From IMG/VR virus record IMGVR_UViG_3300029305_009042: a stretch of 64,000 nt of DNA, one strand, 5' to 3'. Below are positions 17,661 to 27,240 of this stretch, one piece after another. A program made the position numbers and the translations under genes. Source of the stretch: an uncultured virus (IMG/VR IMGVR_UViG_3300029305_009042) (Duplodnaviria; Heunggongvirae; Uroviricota; Caudoviricetes). Below the pieces are notes generated by a model. It had not been told where the DNA came from. It did not search any database and saw nothing but the letters and a program-made list of their open reading frames with translations. Every line of letters starts with the position of its first letter. Position 1 is the first letter of the stretch.

Positions 17661-18497
17661 CTACCAGATGTACGAATAAGGTGACGGGATGACGCCCCAT
17701 GCCATCGAAGCATTCAACTCCGACTTTTTGGAGTCCACAAACTGTCTGTAAGTGTCCCAGTGATACTGCGCCGCCTTGAGATAGTTCATCTCCTTGTCCT
17801 TGTCGGCAACACTGAGTCCTCCAGCCTGATACTGAAGCGAGTTCTTCCTGTAGTCCTCGGCAGCGATCATGAAGAGCTGTCCCAAGGTGCCCTCGATGAG
17901 ATGATGCCGATAGGGAAAGTTATGCGTAGAAGCAGGTCTGCCAAGATCAGGAGGCGTCTCGTTCCAGTATCTTAAGGCACGCTCCATAGCCGCCATGATC
18001 TCTGAATCCTCAAAGGCTCTGTCCTCCAGAAGAAGACTCTCATGACGGGATGTGTCCCTGAGGTATAGTCTTATCTCCTGTAAGGAAGGCGGACCTTTGG
18101 GAGAATCCGTGGAAACATAAAGACGAAAGTCATTGGTGAGTATGGGCGTGTCGTTCCGATACATGGTGACTGTGCCGCGATAGCCGCCCGGACGAAAGTT
18201 GGCAGGTACTGATATTAATAACTGTCCCTTGCTGTAGTCCTTCACAGTAACAGGAAGGGTACAGGGTTTACCACCCACCACCATCTCGCGAACATGCGCC
18301 TTAAATACGCTGCCGTCGTCTTCCAGTTCATAAGGTACCCCCTCCTGATTCTGAAACTCAAATAAAAGCTCCGAGGCTGCACTGACCGTGAACGCTCGAA
18401 GTCTGGTGCGAAGTACAGTGTCGTCCTGAAAAGTACGGTCAGGATGAACCTCATTAGTGACCGGAACCGGATGCGGCTCCTTCCTGTGTATAGGCAT
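17661..18497 (-). CDS. Putative head-tail connector/neck protein
   Basis: EIRLYLRD, YWNETPP and LQYQAGGLSVADK resemble neck proteins of large phages (inference). Confidence 0.5.
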   Translation of the reverse strand: MPIHRKEPHPVPVTNEVHPDRTFQDDTVLRTRLRAFTVSAASELLFEFQNQEGVPYELEDDGSVFKAHVREMVVGGKPCTLPVTVKDYSKGQLLISVPANFRPGGYRGTVTMYRNDTPILTNDFRLYVSTDSPKGPPSLQEIRLYLRDTSRHESLLLEDRAFEDSEIMAAMERALRYWNETPPDLGRPASTHNFPYRHHLIEGTLGQLFMIAAEDYRKNSLQYQAGGLSVADKDKEMNYLKAAQYHWDTYRQFVDSKKSELNASMAWGVIPSPYSYIW

Positions 18498-18564
18498 AGG
18501 CTGTCAGCTCCCATATGTAAAAAAAACAGACGCACACCCCCACCCGGAGTGTACGTCTATTTTA

Positions 18565-19389
18565 TTAGATGTGGAGCTTCTCGCAAAGCTCCCGCATCTT
18601 CTCAGGACGTCTGTCCTTCAGCATCACGCTGAACCCGCCGTCCGTATTTCCAATGACGGCTTTGCCGTCAAAGGACAGCTGGCTCTCCCCCAGCTTCAGG
18701 ATAGCCGGGGAGACCTTCTCCCGCTTGAAGAAAAGCTCCCTGCGCTCGGCGTAATTCACGCACAGCGCAAAGGCTTTCTCCTCTTCCGAAGAGGAGAGCG
18801 GTTCGCCGCCCGCCATCTGCAGGGCAGCGGAGAACTGCCCCAGCAGATGGCGGCGCCAGCTCTGGAAAGCCTCTCGGCTTTCCTCACCGGGACGCAGCGT
18901 GTCCCGGTACTTATGTTGTTTCGACCGGATCGGGTTGGCGATCCGGTATTCGGTCTTTTCCTTCCGAAATACATTTTCGGAAGAAACTAACATGGGGACA
19001 TCGTCCCAGATGTCCGCCAGTTCGCGGACATGGAACTTACCCCGTCGTTCCTGGATCGCACAATCCAGGACTGGATATTCAGCCTCCAACCGGCGGTCAA
19101 ATGCCTCCAGCACGGGACCATACAGGTCCCTGCTGGCCTCTGCCTCTTCCCGCCGGAGCGCGTCCATGCGGGTGTGGAGGCGGACCTCCATCCGCCTGGA
19201 GTCTTTCGACCCCAGGCTCAACTTCGCCCGGATGAACACCGGCTCCTGCTCGGTTTCCACCGCGAGGAACCAGTTGCAGTCCCGGAGACTGCACACCCCG
19301 TGCAGTCCCAAGCCACCCTGGACGAACACCTTTTTCTCGCCTTCTTTGAAGGCGAATGAACTGACATCTGAAATAAGATAACTCTTCAT
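18565..19389 (-). CDS. Hypothetical protein
   Basis: ORF with RBS downstream of the promoter-like motif at 19468. Confidence 0.6.
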   Translation of the reverse strand: MKSYLISDVSSFAFKEGEKKVFVQGGLGLHGVCSLRDCNWFLAVETEQEPVFIRAKLSLGSKDSRRMEVRLHTRMDALRREEAEASRDLYGPVLEAFDRRLEAEYPVLDCAIQERRGKFHVRELADIWDDVPMLVSSENVFRKEKTEYRIANPIRSKQHKYRDTLRPGEESREAFQSWRRHLLGQFSAALQMAGGEPLSSSEEEKAFALCVNYAERRELFFKREKVSPAILKLGESQLSFDGKAVIGNTDGGFSVMLKDRRPEKMRELCEKLHI

Positions 19390-19485
19390 ACAAATTCCTT
19401 TTCTATAAAAAAACAGCCGGTGTACCATTGGACCTCCCAATAGCACACCGGCGATGGTGTATCAATATATATGCCTCAAAACGGG

Positions 19486-19821
19486 CTATTTATAAGCTGG
19501 AACACTCCGTTTCAGCTCATGCAGAAAAGACTCCCACTGAAACCTTTCCGGCTCCCTGAGAGTGGATGCGGCATTCATTGCGTCCAGGATCAGAGCAGTC
19601 AGGTAGTAGATCAGAGCATACTCTGCAAAATCTCCCGTCCGGAGCATCTTCTGCATGAGCATCTCCACCAGATAACCGCGGTCGAAATCACACTCCTGCG
19701 CCCTTGCGCAGACCTCCTTTGCCAACGCAAGAAGCCCTTCCGGATTCTCCACGGCAGCACTGGCAAGTACTCGGATCGGTTTCATTCCCCCTCCTTCCGA
19801 TAAGCCGGAGCGGACATCCAC
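19486..19821 (-). CDS. Hypothetical protein
   Basis: ORF coupled to its neighbours. Confidence 0.5.
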   Translation of the reverse strand: MDVRSGLSEGGGMKPIRVLASAAVENPEGLLALAKEVCARAQECDFDRGYLVEMLMQKMLRTGDFAEYALIYYLTALILDAMNAASTLREPERFQWESFLHELKRSVPAYK

Positions 19822-20096
19822 TCGTCAAACTCCTTCGCCTCCTGCTCGGAACGAAGATAATTCAAAACGTAACAGGACTTCAGGAGGATCTCGTAGAGCG
19901 TCGTCGCATCCAGCCCCTGATCCAGGGCAGCCATCCCGGCGTACTTGATAAATCCGAGATACGCCGACCATGGGTCATTGCCGCAATGTTCCATGACATC
20001 CCGAAGAAGCGGCTCCATCCCATCCGGAACACGAATGGAACCCTCTTTATAAAGTCTTGCCGCCTCGGCAGCCGCGTCTGAAGAATATCCGATCAT
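19782..20096 (-). CDS. Hypothetical protein
   Basis: ORF with ATGA overlap. Confidence 0.55.
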   Translation of the reverse strand: MIGYSSDAAAEAARLYKEGSIRVPDGMEPLLRDVMEHCGNDPWSAYLGFIKYAGMAALDQGLDATTLYEILLKSCYVLNYLRSEQEAKEFDEWMSAPAYRKEGE

Positions 20097-20824
20097 TTCG
20101 CTTCAAACCCTTTCGCAATGGAATTAAGTACAGGAGTCCAGTCCTTGATACCCTCCGGAAACTCCTTCTCAAGCAGCTGACTCAGTGTCCCTCCGGCACC
20201 CAGTACTGCCTGCCACGCCGCTTCAAACTTCGGGTCCCCAGCCGGGTCGTCAAAGCCCAGCGTCTTCCGGTTCTTAAACATCACCGCCTGAAGGATCTCA
20301 CCCTCGTCGGTGAGACCCAGCTTCGCTACCTTGCGATAGTTTTCCGCAAGCTCCGGCAGGATCGTCCGATACTCCTGCGGCACCTTCTGCACCAGCTCGG
20401 CTACCTTCTTCGCAAGGGCATCCGAGTTGTCCGGCTGCGGAATGATCAGATTGTCCTCAAACTCGCAGGTCAGCACCCCGTGCCAGACCTGCGTCTTCCT
20501 TCCCGGAATGACGCAGAACAGCTCAAAACGTCCGCATTCCAGCGGATAGACCTGAAGCAGTCCATCCTCCGTACAGAGCGCCATGTGCTTACCTGAAATA
20601 TAATAGTGGACCCTCTGATCAAACTGGTAGGTCACGACCTCGCCAAGGGCGGAGGTCTTCAGCTCAAGCTCATGATCCTCTACGTGGTTTCCGAACAGAA
20701 ACAGCACGGATCCGGCAGCAGCCGCAATGACCGCAGCCGCTGCGCCGACCCAAAAAGCAGCACGTGTTTTTCCAGCTGCCTGATTTTCAGATGTTCCCGC
20801 ATCCTGCTTTGCTTTCTTCGTCAT
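20093..20824 (-). CDS. Membrane-anchored hypothetical protein
   Basis: N-terminal transmembrane segment. Confidence 0.6.
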   Translation of the reverse strand: MTKKAKQDAGTSENQAAGKTRAAFWVGAAAAVIAAAAGSVLFLFGNHVEDHELELKTSALGEVVTYQFDQRVHYYISGKHMALCTEDGLLQVYPLECGRFELFCVIPGRKTQVWHGVLTCEFEDNLIIPQPDNSDALAKKVAELVQKVPQEYRTILPELAENYRKVAKLGLTDEGEILQAVMFKNRKTLGFDDPAGDPKFEAAWQAVLGAGGTLSQLLEKEFPEGIKDWTPVLNSIAKGFEAK

Positions 20825-21578
20825 GATTCTTCTCCATCAGATCCAACTTCTCACACAACCGTGTCAATTCCCTGTCTTCCCGCCATGCCGAAACAGCATC
20901 CAGCCTCCATAACAGGAAGCCCCAGAACAGAACCGATACCAGACAGGCGTTCCCAAACGCGCGAAACGCGGTCATGAACGGACTGGATGCCCTGCCCTGC
21001 CATGCCTGCTTCCAGATCCCGACCCGGGATTCCTGCGCCTCAAACTGTAAACGCCGCTGCATGTCCGACGCACCTGCTCCCGCACGCGCCAGTCCCTTCC
21101 TGAGAAGGTGCTCCGCCAGATCCGTTCCGTCATAGGTACAGATCAGATACCCTTCCGGCACCCGCAGCCTGTCAAGCGTCACCGGCTTGTTATTAATAAC
21201 CGTTTCCAGCTCCTCGACCATCTCCCGATACTGCTTATCCCGTCGAGCCAGAAACTCGATCCCGGCCGGCATGACCGTATCGCCTGTTTCCAGCTTCAGA
21301 CCTTTCTGCGTGATCCGGCGTACCATCACCGCCTTCCCATCCAGCTCCCCGTCCTCCGGGAGCTCATGGTTCTTGTACTGAAGACTGCACAAGCCGAAGA
21401 TCATCACCCCTGCCGTCATGACAAACGCCAGCCATCCGACAGCACCATTCTTAATGTTCACAAACATGACGGCGAACAACATACAGAACAGCCCCAGAGA
21501 CAGCAGTATCATCCACAGATACGGCAGCTGCGCGGACAGAACAGTCCTTAAAGTTTCCGTGAGCCAGTTAATGATCAT
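20787..21578 (-). CDS. Membrane-bound thermonuclease (SNase-like) domain protein
   Basis: DLAEHLLRKGLAR and EAQESRVGIW are SNase C-terminal motifs; three hydrophobic segments. Confidence 0.7.
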   Translation of the reverse strand: MIINWLTETLRTVLSAQLPYLWMILLSLGLFCMLFAVMFVNIKNGAVGWLAFVMTAGVMIFGLCSLQYKNHELPEDGELDGKAVMVRRITQKGLKLETGDTVMPAGIEFLARRDKQYREMVEELETVINNKPVTLDRLRVPEGYLICTYDGTDLAEHLLRKGLARAGAGASDMQRRLQFEAQESRVGIWKQAWQGRASSPFMTAFRAFGNACLVSVLFWGFLLWRLDAVSAWREDRELTRLCEKLDLMEKNHDEESKAGCGNI

Positions 21579-21963
21579 CCTTTTCCTCCTCATCCATTGT
21601 GATCGTAATGGTAAACGGTGTCTGCACCTTCCCGGCAGCTTCCATCGTTCGAAGCAGATAGAGGGACAGCAGTGTGTCCATAAAGCCGTTCCAGTGCTCA
21701 TTCGTGGTCCTCAATGCCAGCTCGGCATCGGTCAGCAGCGTCTTTTGGGTCAGCAGCGGCGTCAGCAGCATGGCAAACAAATTCTTCTCGTCCAGAAGCG
21801 TATTGAACTTCTCGAAGCAGCAGTCAATCAGCTGCAGATACAGCTCCGCAGCATGCTTCGCTTCCTCCTCGGTCAGCTGTCTTTCCGACAGAGTCGTCAT
21901 TATGTCTACGATCTCCTTACGGACATCTCCCTCTTCAAACGGATTGTTTTCACTATCGATCAT
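21568..21963 (-). CDS. Hypothetical protein
   Basis: 131-aa ORF with RBS. Confidence 0.6.
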   Translation of the reverse strand: MIDSENNPFEEGDVRKEIVDIMTTLSERQLTEEEAKHAAELYLQLIDCCFEKFNTLLDEKNLFAMLLTPLLTQKTLLTDAELALRTTNEHWNGFMDTLLSLYLLRTMEAAGKVQTPFTITITMDEEEKDDH

Positions 21964-22624
21964 AGGCTCTCCTTTGTCTTAAAATATCAACCTGTTCAGA
22001 ACGGCGCCTTGAACGTTCCTCTACAGCTCTCAGATTTGCCCAGGCAGTAACGTCATCGTCTGACATCTCGCCGTACTCGCGTGTGGTCAGGACCTGACAT
22101 TCGCCGTAATAATCCTTACCACACTTGATCAGTTCGTTGTAGTCATCATACCACAACGTCGGCATCTCAGCACCCTTGCAAAATGAAGTTTCCGGCGTGT
22201 AGGTCCACCTGTAGTCCGAGCTGGAATAAACGAGCCCCTCCCGAACCGCCGCGTGCTGCAGCCAGAAGTTGATTCGGCCCGGGTCCATCTGCTGATACGG
22301 CTGGACCTCCGGTGAAACTTCCCCGGTCAATACTCTTTTAAGCCAGACCGGAAGTCTGTCAACCAGATGCAGATCGTCGCCAACATCGTAGACCCTCCAG
22401 GTCCAGTAGTTCAGCTTTCTGGTCCAGTACACCAGATGCAGTTTGCGGTGTGCTGTGGTCCTCCTGTAAAATGGTATATTTTTCATGCAGTCTATGCTCC
22501 CACTAAAAATAACCAGTCCGCCATCAAAGATCTGACAGCGGACCGGCGTACGTTTTACCGCAGCTGATACCTCCCAATTCGTGTAATGCTTTCGGGAAGC
22601 GACACCGACCCAAGGCTGGAGCAT
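21953..22624 (-). CDS. Hypothetical protein (start uncertain)
   Basis: ORF in operon. Confidence 0.5.
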   Translation of the reverse strand: MLQPWVGVASRKHYTNWEVSAAVKRTPVRCQIFDGGLVIFSGSIDCMKNIPFYRRTTAHRKLHLVYWTRKLNYWTWRVYDVGDDLHLVDRLPVWLKRVLTGEVSPEVQPYQQMDPGRINFWLQHAAVREGLVYSSSDYRWTYTPETSFCKGAEMPTLWYDDYNELIKCGKDYYGECQVLTTREYGEMSDDDVTAWANLRAVEERSRRRSEQVDILRQRRAYDR

Positions 22625-23031
22625 TTGACGAACGCCTCATCCCCGATACTTGTCACACCGTCGAGGATCGTCACCGACGTGAGTTTCTTGCACCCGTAGA
22701 ACGCGCGGTCTCCAATGCTCGCCACACTGCCGGGGATCGTCACCGACTTGAGGCTCTCGCAGTGCCAGAACGCGGAATTTCCAATGCGCGTCACGCTGTT
22801 GGGGATCGTCACCGACGTGAGGCTCGTGCACCAGTAGAACGCTTCATTTCCAATGCTCGTCACGCTGTTGGGGATCGTCACCGACGTGAGGCTCTTGCAC
22901 TCGTAGAACGCGGAATCTCCAATGCTCGTCACGCCGTCGGGGATGGTGTATTCGGTAAGGTCCTTGCCTTTCGGGACCTGAATGAGCGTTTTGCCGTCAG
23001 CGGAGAACCGAATCGCATCACACTTCTTCAT
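22555..23031 (-). CDS. BspA-type LRR protein
   Basis: LTSVTIPNSVTSIGxxAFxxC repeats. Confidence 0.9.
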   Translation of the reverse strand: MKKCDAIRFSADGKTLIQVPKGKDLTEYTIPDGVTSIGDSAFYECKSLTSVTIPNSVTSIGNEAFYWCTSLTSVTIPNSVTRIGNSAFWHCESLKSVTIPGSVASIGDRAFYGCKKLTSVTILDGVTSIGDEAFVKCSSLGSVSLPESITRIGRYQLR

Positions 23032-23098
23032 GTTTAGCTCCTTTCTTAAAAGTAGCCGGCCCGCCATTGGAATACCCAACAGCAGACCGATGTTATTA

Positions 23099-23698
23099 TT
23101 ATTTCAGCGTACACGCACCAATGCGCGTCACGCTCTCCGGGATCGTCACCGACTCGAGGCTGGAGCAATCGTCGAACGCCCGATACCCAATGCTCTTCAC
23201 GCCATCGAGGATCGTCACGGACCGGAGGCTCTCGCAGCCGCTGAACGCATTATCCCCAATGCTCGTCACGCTGCCGGGGATCGTCACCGACGTGAGGCTC
23301 TTGCACCAGCGGAACGCGGAATTTCCAATGCTCGTCACGCTGTCGGGGATCGTCACCGACGTGAGGCTCTCGCAGCCGCTGAACGCATTATCCCCAATGC
23401 TCGTCACGCTGTCGGGGATCGTCACCGAGGTGAGGCGATAGCAGTACCAGAACGCGGAATCTCCAATGCTCGTCACGCTGTCGGGGATCGTCACCGAGGT
23501 GAGGCTGCCGCACCAGCGGAACGCGGAATCTCCAATGCGCGTCACGCTGTTGGGGATCACTACCGACTCGAGGCTGTCGCACCAGCGGAACGCGGAATCT
23601 CCAATGCTCGTCACGCCGACGGGGATCACTACCGACACGGCTTCCCCCTCGACACTCGTAAGAACGCCTTTTTCAATTATAAAGTTCAGACTTTCCAT
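23099..23698 (-). CDS. BspA-type LRR protein
   Basis: Seven near-identical 69-bp repeat units. Confidence 0.92.
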   Translation of the reverse strand: MESLNFIIEKGVLTSVEGEAVSVVIPVGVTSIGDSAFRWCDSLESVVIPNSVTRIGDSAFRWCGSLTSVTIPDSVTSIGDSAFWYCYRLTSVTIPDSVTSIGDNAFSGCESLTSVTIPDSVTSIGNSAFRWCKSLTSVTIPGSVTSIGDNAFSGCESLRSVTILDGVKSIGYRAFDDCSSLESVTIPESVTRIGACTLK

Positions 23699-23777
23699 TT
23701 TATCTTCCTTTCATATAAGAGTAGTGGTCCACTATCAAAACCTATGACAGCGGACCGGTGTGTTATTCCTCGCCTAA

Positions 23778-24014
23778 CTACCGGATATAGACCCCGCGCT
23801 CCTCCGCTGACAGGATCGAGATATTGTTGTAGTACGGATCCTTGCTCGGATCCTGCTCCTCATCCGCAGGATACTCCTCCTCGACCGGCGGAAAATCCCG
23901 GAACACCGGCTCCACAACAAACTGCGGTTTTGGAGTGTGCGCTTTCTCACGAACGCCGGCACAACCGGCAAACACAACGACAAACAACAAAAGACAGTAT
24001 AATTTCATATTCAT
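23778..24014 (-). CDS. Small lipoprotein
   Basis: Signal peptide with lipobox FAGC. Confidence 0.65.
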   Translation of the reverse strand: MNMKLYCLLLFVVVFAGCAGVREKAHTPKPQFVVEPVFRDFPPVEEEYPADEEQDPSKDPYYNNISILSAEERGVYIR

Positions 24015-24030
24015 CCTCCTGTAAAATTTT

Positions 24031-24684
24031 CTACAAACGTCCGGACTTGTCTCGTCCGATCTCATGCGTCCAGCCAAGTACGCCGTAGAACGCCCCACTG
24101 CTGATATACACACCGCATAGATCGATAGACGACACATTCAGTTGCGCACAGTAGTCAAACGCGCCATACTCAATGTGACGCAGTCTTCCCTTCACCACGA
24201 CGGCTATTAAGCGGGGACAATGTGCAAAGGCGCAGCACTCCAGCGTGTGCACCGATGCTGCCAAAGTGACTTTTTCAAGCTCATAACAGTCGCTAAAGGC
24301 ACCGATGGGGACGTTCCACAGCTTTCCGTGCACATTCACCTCTGTCAGCTCATAGCAAAAGGAAAAGGCCCCAGGACCCAGACTTTCCAGACTGTGAGGA
24401 AGGTCCACTTTTTTCAGCTGCTCGCATCGTGAAAACGCATGACGACCGATGCAGCTCAATCCCTCCGGGAAATCTATCTCCCGCAGTCTCCAGCAGTTCT
24501 CAAACGCAAAGTTTCCGATGCGTTTAATGCTTTCAGGCAGGGAAACGCTCCAGAGATAGCGGCCGTTACGGAAAGCGCCTTCCGCGATCTCCTCCACGCC
24601 TTCCGGAACTTTATATTTTCGCCTCCGGCTCTCCACCGGATACCGGATCAATACCTTGCCGTCTTCTGAAAATACAGGTTCCAT
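24031..24684 (-). CDS. BspA-type LRR protein
   Basis: VSLPESIKRIGNFAFENC-type repeats; RBS GGAGGAGG. Confidence 0.88.
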   Translation of the reverse strand: MEPVFSEDGKVLIRYPVESRRRKYKVPEGVEEIAEGAFRNGRYLWSVSLPESIKRIGNFAFENCWRLREIDFPEGLSCIGRHAFSRCEQLKKVDLPHSLESLGPGAFSFCYELTEVNVHGKLWNVPIGAFSDCYELEKVTLAASVHTLECCAFAHCPRLIAVVVKGRLRHIEYGAFDYCAQLNVSSIDLCGVYISSGAFYGVLGWTHEIGRDKSGRL

Positions 24685-24702
24685 TAAACACCTCCTCCAA
24701 AT

Positions 24703-24734
24703 AAAAACCGGACCTGAAAGCCGTCCGCTCTCAG
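24703..24734. repeat. Intergenic module C, copy 1
   Basis: 32 bp identical to 26212-26243; the two copies flank an LRR gene. Confidence 0.85.
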
Positions 24735-24764
24735 GTCCCATCTCAACTGTTTAACTCAAGCCGG

Positions 24765-26192
24765 TCACTCACCGTCTTCTTCGTACTCGTCTTCGTCCAT
24801 TTGCCAAAGATCGTCATCCGTGTAAAACAGCTCAGGATCGAGAAAAAGCGCGTTTTTGAAGTTCTCATCAAAAGCCGTCTCATGCACCTTACCCGATGCG
24901 TCTCCGCGAAAACTGATCGACTTCAGTCCAGAACAATCTTCAAATGCGTATTCCTTGATCACCTGAAGCGTCTCCGGAAACTCCAGATGCGTCAGCTTCG
25001 GACAGCCGGAAAACGCACCGAAGCCCACAGCTTGCAGATACGGCATATCCGGCATTTCGCGAAGATTGACGCAGGATGCAAACGCGCGGGGATAAACTTG
25101 TTCCACCCCTTTCGCCTCAACCGACCGCAGGCGGAAGCAATTCATGAACGCGCGGGAACCGATGCAGGAACACTCTGGCGACAGGCGGATCTCCTGCAGA
25201 TGGTGGCAGTACTTAAACGCGTCTGGGTGCACTTCCTTCAGCGGCTTTGTCACCACCTTTTCCAGAGAGATACAGCCCGAAAAGCACCCTTCCGCGACTT
25301 TCGTAACTCCCGGTGCAATGACCTCCTGAAGCTGAACGGCATTCTTGAAGCAGCTCGGAGGCAGGCTCGTGATCGTCTCCGGCAAGACGACTCTGCGCAG
25401 CTTAGAATCCCGAAATGCGTTCTCACACAGCCGCGTAATGGTATCCGGCAGCTCCATGGTTCCGGTCATAGAGGTGACATAATGTGCGACCATACGCCCG
25501 TCTGGCGTATACACAAAAAGTCCATCGCTGTCCAGCCCGGCACCGTCCACCCTCTGGAGATTCATAAGATCCGACAGACCGCAGGCAGGATCCAGCACGC
25601 AGTTTGCAGCACACATGAAGTGTGTCAGTGAGTCACACCCTTCGAGGGCATAAGTACGAACACGCTTCGCGCAGGTGTCCAGCCTCTGAAGAGAGGCACA
25701 CCCCCAGAAGGCGCCGAATCCGATCTCACTCAGGTACATGTCTCCTGTAATGTACTCCAGCTTCTTGCACCCGTGGAACACGTAGAGACCCAGGTCCGTA
25801 ACATCTTCGAGCTGTACCACCCGCAGAGACGTACAGTTCGAAAATGCGAAGTCACCCAGACTGCACCGGGAATTGATATGAATACTCTGAAGACCCCAGC
25901 AGTACTCAAATGCTCCCTGGCAGATCCATTTCAGCGACTCTGGAAACTCCAGTCTGTCCAGCAGGAAGCACTGTTCAAAACAGTGGAGGTCGATCCGCTC
26001 CAGATACTTCGGAAACACAACTTCCTGAAGTGCTTTGCTGCGGGCGAATACTCTGCTTTTCAAGACCGTGACCGGCAGCCCTTCCACCTCGTCAGGGATC
26101 ACCGCCCTTTCCAGCCCCGCTTCCGCGGAGCAAAGTTCCGCATGATCCTCGTGAAGTTCGAAACGCATTCCATTCACACACACTGTTTTCAT
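24765..26192 (-). CDS. Large BspA-type LRR protein
   Basis: Many diverged LRR_5 repeats; acidic tail. Confidence 0.88.
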   Translation of the reverse strand: MKTVCVNGMRFELHEDHAELCSAEAGLERAVIPDEVEGLPVTVLKSRVFARSKALQEVVFPKYLERIDLHCFEQCFLLDRLEFPESLKWICQGAFEYCWGLQSIHINSRCSLGDFAFSNCTSLRVVQLEDVTDLGLYVFHGCKKLEYITGDMYLSEIGFGAFWGCASLQRLDTCAKRVRTYALEGCDSLTHFMCAANCVLDPACGLSDLMNLQRVDGAGLDSDGLFVYTPDGRMVAHYVTSMTGTMELPDTITRLCENAFRDSKLRRVVLPETITSLPPSCFKNAVQLQEVIAPGVTKVAEGCFSGCISLEKVVTKPLKEVHPDAFKYCHHLQEIRLSPECSCIGSRAFMNCFRLRSVEAKGVEQVYPRAFASCVNLREMPDMPYLQAVGFGAFSGCPKLTHLEFPETLQVIKEYAFEDCSGLKSISFRGDASGKVHETAFDENFKNALFLDPELFYTDDDLWQMDEDEYEEDGE

Positions 26193-26211
26193 AATTCCTT
26201 CTCCTGAAATA

Positions 26212-26243
26212 AAAAACCGGACCTGAAAGCCGTCCGCTCTCAG
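26212..26243. repeat. Intergenic module C, copy 2
   Basis: Identical to 24703-24734. Confidence 0.85.
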
Positions 26244-26263
26244 ATCCGATCCTGTTTCAAAAC

Positions 26264-26851
26264 TCACTTTACCGGTTCCAGAAACTCCGGGATGACGTCA
26301 TCCACGATCTGGGCAAGTGCCCAATAGCTCTTGGACCCATCCTCATCGTTCACGTCATCAAAGAACTTCTGTTTCAGGATCAGGTAGTCAAGAGCGACGT
26401 CCCAGAAATACTTTTTCTGCCGCCACAGCTCGTGGATCTCCGTCTCCACGAAGCTGATGAATCCTGAACGACTTGTATAATGTTCTCGCAAGTACTGGTT
26501 GAAGTCCTCCTTGTTTTTCACAAGTTCCCGGAGAACATTCCATTTATTAACCTTCAGCCGAATCGACAGCTTGTCCGTCTCGAAGTTGTAATACTTCGGC
26601 GAACGGACCTCTTCCAGTTTCAGATCCCGGATCATTTGCCCCATGTCCTTTGTCACCTCGTATTCCAGCCGTTTGACGTACCTCTTCGAGACCGCCCTCA
26701 TGTAGTCCGGGAAGACCCCCGGCTTGAAGGTCATCGGCGACCCCTCGTACTCTGACACCAGATCGATCGCGTCATCTCCTTCGAGGATGGTGCAGTAGAA
26801 GCCGGGGAAAATGTCGAGATTATGCTGATACCAAACCATCTCTTCAAACAT
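26264..26851 (-). CDS. Hypothetical phage protein
   Basis: FPGFY, SPKYYNFETD and YTSRSGFISF motifs seen in phage hypotheticals. Confidence 0.65.
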   Translation of the reverse strand: MFEEMVWYQHNLDIFPGFYCTILEGDDAIDLVSEYEGSPMTFKPGVFPDYMRAVSKRYVKRLEYEVTKDMGQMIRDLKLEEVRSPKYYNFETDKLSIRLKVNKWNVLRELVKNKEDFNQYLREHYTSRSGFISFVETEIHELWRQKKYFWDVALDYLILKQKFFDDVNDEDGSKSYWALAQIVDDVIPEFLEPVK

Positions 26852-26913
26852 ATTTTCTCCTTTTATTAATAAAAGCCGGAGAGGGGCCGTACGCCCCTCA
26901 CCCGCAGATTCTA

Positions 26914-27240
26914 TTACAGCCGGTTCACCTTTTCCGGATAAACGCCGAGCATCTCTTCGTCGATCAACTCACCATCCAGGTATGCCTGCCAGATCAGGTC
27001 CTCATCCGGACCGAGTGGCTCGCCATTTGTGTGCACCCAGAGCGATGCCGCTTCATCAACAGCATCATCCATGCTGTCCGACTCGATCGTGTACCACGTC
27101 AGATCGAGAGGCGTCAGCCCCACGCAGATCTCCCATTCCGGGGTCGGCGGTTCGTATTGACTGCAATACCAGTCAATGTCTCTGGAGAGCGCCGGATCCA
27201 TCATTCGAAAATGACAATAGATCTCATAGTTTGAACTCAT
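26914..27240 (-). CDS. Hypothetical protein
   Basis: ATGA overlap and RBS. Confidence 0.55.
   Translation of the reverse strand: MSSNYEIYCHFRMMDPALSRDIDWYCSQYEPPTPEWEICVGLTPLDLTWYTIESDSMDDAVDEAASLWVHTNGEPLGPDEDLIWQAYLDGELIDEEMLGVYPEKVNRL

Noticed and set aside
23099..23698. 69-bp periodic repeats as a second CRISPR array
   Set aside because: They are in-frame 23-aa LRR coding units without unique spacers.
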